Part shown: positions 60,653 through 64,000 of the stretch, one piece after another
Layout: each line of letters begins with the position of its first letter
How positions within the stretch are numbered: position 1 is the first letter of the stretch
From: a virus
Length of the DNA: 64,000 nucleotides
Virus record (IMG/VR): IMGVR_UViG_3300025572_000001
Coordinates: 1 to 64,000 of that record
Direction: 5' to 3' (one strand)
Translations under genes and position numbers: made by a program
Notes under the pieces: generated by a model
Database searches by the model: none
What the model was told of the DNA's origin: nothing
The model's input: the letters and a program-made list of their open reading frames with translations, nothing else

Positions 60653-60666
60653 TGCAATTAATTGCA
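60653..60666. repeat. exact 14-bp palindrome TGCAATTAATTGCA
   Basis: 3 nt after the fibre gene stop. Confidence 0.95.
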
Positions 60667-60670
60667 AACG

Positions 60671-60714
60671 GGGGTTGGGTCATCACCTGACCCGCCTCCG
60701 TGCTTTGTTGTTTT
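60671..60714 (+). terminator. probable rho-independent terminator
   Basis: Imperfect stem GGGGTTGGGTCA / TGACCCGCCTCC (one mismatch, two G-T pairs), then a T-rich tract GCTTTGTTGTTTT. Confidence 0.5.
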
Positions 60715-60751
60715 AATAGCAGTTTCGTTGAGCTATGTTCCGCCCAGACTG

Positions 60752-60765
60752 TGCAATTAATTGCA
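60752..60765. repeat. exact 14-bp palindrome TGCAATTAATTGCA
   Basis: 19 nt upstream of endolysin ATG 60785. Confidence 0.95.
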
Positions 60766-60784
60766 ACTACCCGGAGTTTTTATC

Positions 60785-61858
60785 ATGCGGGCAGACATTG
60801 CGGGTGTCATAACCAACTACGCTAAGAAGTACGGGTATGAACCAGCGGCCCTGAAGGCTGTTGCCTGGGTAGAAAGTGCTGGGACGTTCTTCTGGACCGT
60901 GAACGGGGAAGAGCTGCCCCCGATCCGCCCCGAGGTGCACAAGTTCTATCAGTTCCTGTCAGGGGCGAAACGTGACAAGGCCGTAAAGGCTGGCCTGGCA
61001 CACCCACAGATGAATGGCGTGAAAATCCCCAGCAGCTGGTCTGGGCGTTACGAGTTCTTCAAGAAAATGCACGCCATCGACGCCGATGCGGCCATTCAGG
61101 CCACCTCGTGGGGCATCGGCCAGGTCATGGGCTTCCACTGGAAGTTCCTGGGCTTCAAGTCTCCACAGGAGATGATGACCTACGCCAAGTCTGGCATTGA
61201 CGGCCAGATGGAGCTCATGTGCCGGTTCATCCAGAAGAACCAGAACCTCGATACGGCCCTGAAGAACCGTAACTGGGCGGCATTCGCCCATGGATACAAC
61301 GGCCCCGCCTACAAGAAGAACCAGTATGACAAGAAGCTGAAGGAAGCCTACGAGAGGTTCCGCAAAGCTCCGGTGGATGCCGATGTACGCATGATTCAGG
61401 AGCGTCTGAAGGCGCTGGGCTTCTACACGGGCATCGTGGACGGGTACAAGGGACCCCTCACGACCGAAGCCGTGAAGAAGTTCCAGAAGGCGGCTGGTCT
61501 CGTAGTTGATGGAAACGTATCGACCATCACCGTTGAAATGATCGAGGACTACATTGCCGCCCAGAACTCACAGAAGGCACGAAACCAGATTCCCACCATA
61601 GGAGCTGCCGGTGCTGCTGTCACGACTGTGGCCAAGCCCCTCGTGGAAGCCATCACTGACGGAGACCTGGCCGACGCAATCGAGAAGACCCAGGGTATTG
61701 CTGACGGGCTGTACAAGCTACTGGCCCTGATCAATCTCCCCACCGTCTTCACCGCCGTGATCATGGCCTGTGTCGTCGGCTTCGTGCTGTATCAGTTGCT
61801 CACCCGAGTGGGTGACGATGAAAAAATCCAGAAGTTGAAGGAGGCGGCTGAGGCATGA
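60785..61858 (+). CDS. endolysin: DUF3380-type N-acetylmuramidase + PG_binding_1 domain + C-terminal TM helix
   Basis: ALKAVAWVESAG, SWGIGQVMGFHW and WAAFAHGYNGPAYKKNQYDKKL blocks. PG-binding region IQERLKALGFYTGIVDGYKGPLT. C-terminal LPTVFTAVIMACVVGFVLYQLL. Confidence 0.83.
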   Translation: MRADIAGVITNYAKKYGYEPAALKAVAWVESAGTFFWTVNGEELPPIRPEVHKFYQFLSGAKRDKAVKAGLAHPQMNGVKIPSSWSGRYEFFKKMHAIDADAAIQATSWGIGQVMGFHWKFLGFKSPQEMMTYAKSGIDGQMELMCRFIQKNQNLDTALKNRNWAAFAHGYNGPAYKKNQYDKKLKEAYERFRKAPVDADVRMIQERLKALGFYTGIVDGYKGPLTTEAVKKFQKAAGLVVDGNVSTITVEMIEDYIAAQNSQKARNQIPTIGAAGAAVTTVAKPLVEAITDGDLADAIEKTQGIADGLYKLLALINLPTVFTAVIMACVVGFVLYQLLTRVGDDEKIQKLKEAAEA

Positions 61859-62109
61859 CCAGCCTGGTTGCTTTCCTTATTGGAAATCGAGTGGGTCGGT
61901 TGATTGCTACCGGCCTACTCATTGCTGGCATCGTGGCGCTCATCCTCTGGAGGGTGTTCACTGCCGGAAAAAATGCTGCGGTCGTTGACCAGAAGCTGAA
62001 AGAGCTTCAGTCGATCAAGACCAAGGTGGAGGTAGACAATGAGATTGCTCGTCTTCCTGCTTCTGAGCGTCGTGAGCGTCTTCGCCGTTGGGTGCACGAC
62101 GAAGGGTGA
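61855..62109 (+). CDS. membrane protein of the lysis cassette (i-spanin-like or holin-like)
   Basis: N-terminal TM segment LIATGLLIAGIVALILW followed by a charged helical region. ATGA overlap with the endolysin gene. Confidence 0.45.
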   Translation: MTSLVAFLIGNRVGRLIATGLLIAGIVALILWRVFTAGKNAAVVDQKLKELQSIKTKVEVDNEIARLPASERRERLRRWVHDEG

Positions 62110-62245
62110 CTTCTGTACGTTAGCCTTTCCCCACTACTACTCGGCCAAGACCATTGAAGTCATGACCGACAGGGAAGTGGAGCAGGCTCTTAGACATAAC
62201 GAGTTGGGTGAACGCCTGTGTGGTTGGAAAGCAAGAAAGAATTAG
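62039..62245 (+). CDS. o-spanin-like lipoprotein, start embedded in the previous gene
   Basis: GGAGG lies 6 nt upstream of the ATG. Signal plus lipobox-like segment LLLSVVSVFAVGC. Overlaps 61855..62109 by 71 nt in another frame (Rz/Rz1-like). Confidence 0.5.
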   Translation: MRLLVFLLLSVVSVFAVGCTTKGDFCTLAFPHYYSAKTIEVMTDREVEQALRHNELGERLCGWKARKN

Positions 62246-62289
62246 GGCCAGAAGAAATAGGTGGGCAGGGTAAAGGCACAGGTGATGAC

Positions 62290-62676
62290 ATGCAGGTAAA
62301 GGAACAAGTAAGAAGCGTTGCGGATCACGTGATCACCGTGGCCTTGGCTCGTGCGTCAATGGTGCTGGCGCTGCCGCTCATCAGCCTGCTGTTCTGGTCT
62401 TACGAAGGCAAGAGAAACGCTGAACTTCAGGACATCAAGGATGAGGTCGTTCGCGTTGAGAAGCTTGCTGTAGAGGCAAGAGCGAAGGCCGTAGAAGTCA
62501 GTGACAGATTGATCATAGTGGAGACCCGCCAGCATAGGGACGCGGCAGACGGGGAGAAGTTTCAGCGGGAAACCCTGTCGCGGCTGGATCGGATGCAGGA
62601 TGCTCTGATTCAGCTGTCGAACTCGGTAGCCGCCCTCAACGCTACCGTGAAAAGCCTGGCTGAGCGCCAGCGATAA
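62290..62676 (+). CDS. membrane-anchored coiled-coil protein (lysis-cassette associated)
   Basis: ATG 62290 follows AGGTGAT. One TM segment VLALPLISLLFW followed by a coiled coil. Confidence 0.4.
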   Translation: MQVKEQVRSVADHVITVALARASMVLALPLISLLFWSYEGKRNAELQDIKDEVVRVEKLAVEARAKAVEVSDRLIIVETRQHRDAADGEKFQRETLSRLDRMQDALIQLSNSVAALNATVKSLAERQR

Positions 62677-62680
62677 CTTT

Positions 62681-62694
62681 TGCAATTAACTGCA
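62681..62694. repeat. 1-mismatch palindrome copy TGCAATTAAcTGCA
   Basis: Intergenic, 4 nt after the stop at 62676. Confidence 0.9.
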
Positions 62695-62728
62695 TTCCAG
62701 CTTGATTCTGGGTAACTCTTGGCTAGAG

Positions 62729-62761
62729 TTTGATCATCACCAAGGAGTGGTAGTGATCAAA
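62729..62761 (+). promoter_or_regulatory. hairpin presenting the Shine-Dalgarno AAGGAGT in its loop, ending at the start codon
   Basis: Arms TTTGATCATCACC / GGTAGTGATCAAA (one mismatch, one G-T pair). The loop is 62742..62748. ATG at 62761. Confidence 0.5.
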
Positions 62762-63990
62762 TGTTGGACCTAGCAATCAAAGCCAGAATACCGATTATCG
62801 CAGTAACGACGCGAGATGTTTCCTCGCTACCTGATGTCATCTACGAACTGACCAAAAAGAAGGCCACCAAGATTCCTTCGCTCGCTGCAATTGGAAGCGG
62901 CAAGGGATTGATGGTGTTCAACGCCAACCATAAGGATGTGGATGGCTCGATTACCGACCTCTACAACAAGATGGTGGCGAATGAGAGCTCGCTGATCATC
63001 GTCAACCCCAAGAAGATCGTGGAACCAATGTTCAATGCCGGTGAGGTGCCGGTTCCTCGGTCCCTGATCTTCAAGCTGATGAAAGAGGTCATCGGGGACG
63101 ACAAGAAGGCACAGGAGCTTGTCCGATGCCTTGGCGGGTGCACCCTCAGCGAAGCAGCTGCAATCGCCCGCCTGACGATGACTCGGGACAATTCTCTGAC
63201 CCCAAGGGGCGTGATCCAGACGCGCAAGAGCATTTTCCATGGGTCGAACGGTCTGACCCACGTGGACACGTTCCAGCACTTCTATCAGCCGCCAGTGGAG
63301 CTACAGCGATGGGTTGAGCGGGAGAAGTGGTTCTTCCTCAACTGCGATGATCGCCGGTTGATCCCTCGCGGTCTGCTGTTCGATGGGCCGCCTGGTGTAG
63401 GCAAGACTTCCGGTGCGAAGTGGCTGGCCTCCCAGCTCGGTGTCCCGCTGTTCCGCATGGATATCGGCGGCACCAAGAACAAGTACGTGGGTGAGTCAGA
63501 GCACAACATGCTCATCAATCTGTCCCGCGTGGACAATGAATCCCCCTGCGTGGTCCTGATTGATGAGGTCGAGAAGGTGTTCTCGGTCGGAGTGCACGAT
63601 TCGTCGGGGACCACCACGACCATGCTTTCCCAGCTCTTGTGGTGGTTGGCAGAGCGTCAGTCCCGCGTCCTGGTCATCATGACCACGAACAACGCCGACA
63701 AGCTACCGAAGGAACTCTGGCGCGAAGGACGCATCGACAAGAAGATGTGGTTCGGGGGCCTGGATATCACCGAAGCACGGGCATTCGTTCAGAACCTGCT
63801 TGGTACATTCAATGACGTGGGGGTGACAGGAGCACTGATCGAAAAGGTGGTCCACGAAGCCTTCCAAACGTCAGCCCTGCCGAGGAACGACCCCTCGGAG
63901 CCCAAGACGGTTTCTCACGCGGCTCTTACGGAGAAGACCTACAACGCGGTCAAGCAGATGGTGCTCAAGAAATTGTCAGACGATGAATAG
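62761..63990 (+). CDS. AAA+ ATPase (classical AAA family)
   Basis: Walker A GPPGVGKTS, Walker B VVLIDEVEK and a second region of homology-like TTNNADKLPKELWREGRID. Confidence 0.83.
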   Translation: MLDLAIKARIPIIAVTTRDVSSLPDVIYELTKKKATKIPSLAAIGSGKGLMVFNANHKDVDGSITDLYNKMVANESSLIIVNPKKIVEPMFNAGEVPVPRSLIFKLMKEVIGDDKKAQELVRCLGGCTLSEAAAIARLTMTRDNSLTPRGVIQTRKSIFHGSNGLTHVDTFQHFYQPPVELQRWVEREKWFFLNCDDRRLIPRGLLFDGPPGVGKTSGAKWLASQLGVPLFRMDIGGTKNKYVGESEHNMLINLSRVDNESPCVVLIDEVEKVFSVGVHDSSGTTTTMLSQLLWWLAERQSRVLVIMTTNNADKLPKELWREGRIDKKMWFGGLDITEARAFVQNLLGTFNDVGVTGALIEKVVHEAFQTSALPRNDPSEPKTVSHAALTEKTYNAVKQMVLKKLSDDE

Positions 63991-64000
63991 TCTGACAGAC

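Noticed and set aside
1027-62694. The palindrome considered as IS/MITE termini or as recombination sites for the serine recombinase.
   Set aside because: Only 14 bp are conserved, with no shared flanks, no target-site duplications and no transposase. Sixteen active recombination sites in one genome would scramble it. Serine-integrase att sites are longer and not identical to each other.
1027-62694. The palindrome considered as a CtrA box (TTAA-N7-TTAA) or an FNR/FixK-type box (TTGA-N6-TCAA).
   Set aside because: The motif contains a single TTAATT core, not two TTAA half-sites at the CtrA spacing. The T and A flanks that would make it TTGC-N8-GCAA are not conserved among copies. The conserved unit is TGCAATT/AATTGCA.

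Overview
The window reads as a nearly complete tailed dsDNA phage or prophage genome. Every credible gene is on the + strand. The long minus-strand ORFs are shadow frames of GC-rich coding DNA. Gene order: (i) 0-8 kb is an early/regulatory block with a GcrA-like protein, small Cys-rich proteins, HTH proteins, a large serine recombinase, a dNMP-kinase-like protein, ThyX, GNAT and an XRE-HTH protein. (ii) 8-16 kb is an accessory block with a stand-alone RapZ C-terminal-domain homolog, a RarA/MgsA C-terminal-like protein, a five-gene nucleotide-sugar/glycosyltransferase cluster and a dCTP deaminase. (iii) 16-19 kb holds a ParB-like protein and the terminase. (iv) 20-26 kb is a second accessory block: a pyruvate-phosphate-dikinase-like enzyme lacking the PEP/pyruvate TIM barrel, a CsrA-like protein with an insertion, and two CX5R phosphatase paralogs flanking an unknown gene. 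(v) Family A DNA polymerase. (vi) 29-60 kb is the virion module: portal, Mu F-like protein, XkdF-like protease, capsid, connectors, tail tube, chaperone with a -1 frameshift, tape measure, an RcGTA-like distal tail set and fibres. (vii) Lysis cassette and an AAA+ ATPase. The RcGTA-like tail genes and the GcrA-like protein suggest an alphaproteobacterial host; this is an inference. The most striking feature not explained by genes is a perfect 14-bp palindrome, TGCAATTAATTGCA. I count 16 exact and 10 one-mismatch copies by eye. Most sit at gene boundaries and several lie next to terminators. A second recurrent element is CACGGAGG, which overlaps the Shine-Dalgarno of eight early/accessory genes. 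All functional calls come from motif recognition by reading and from memory of protein families; no searches were run.
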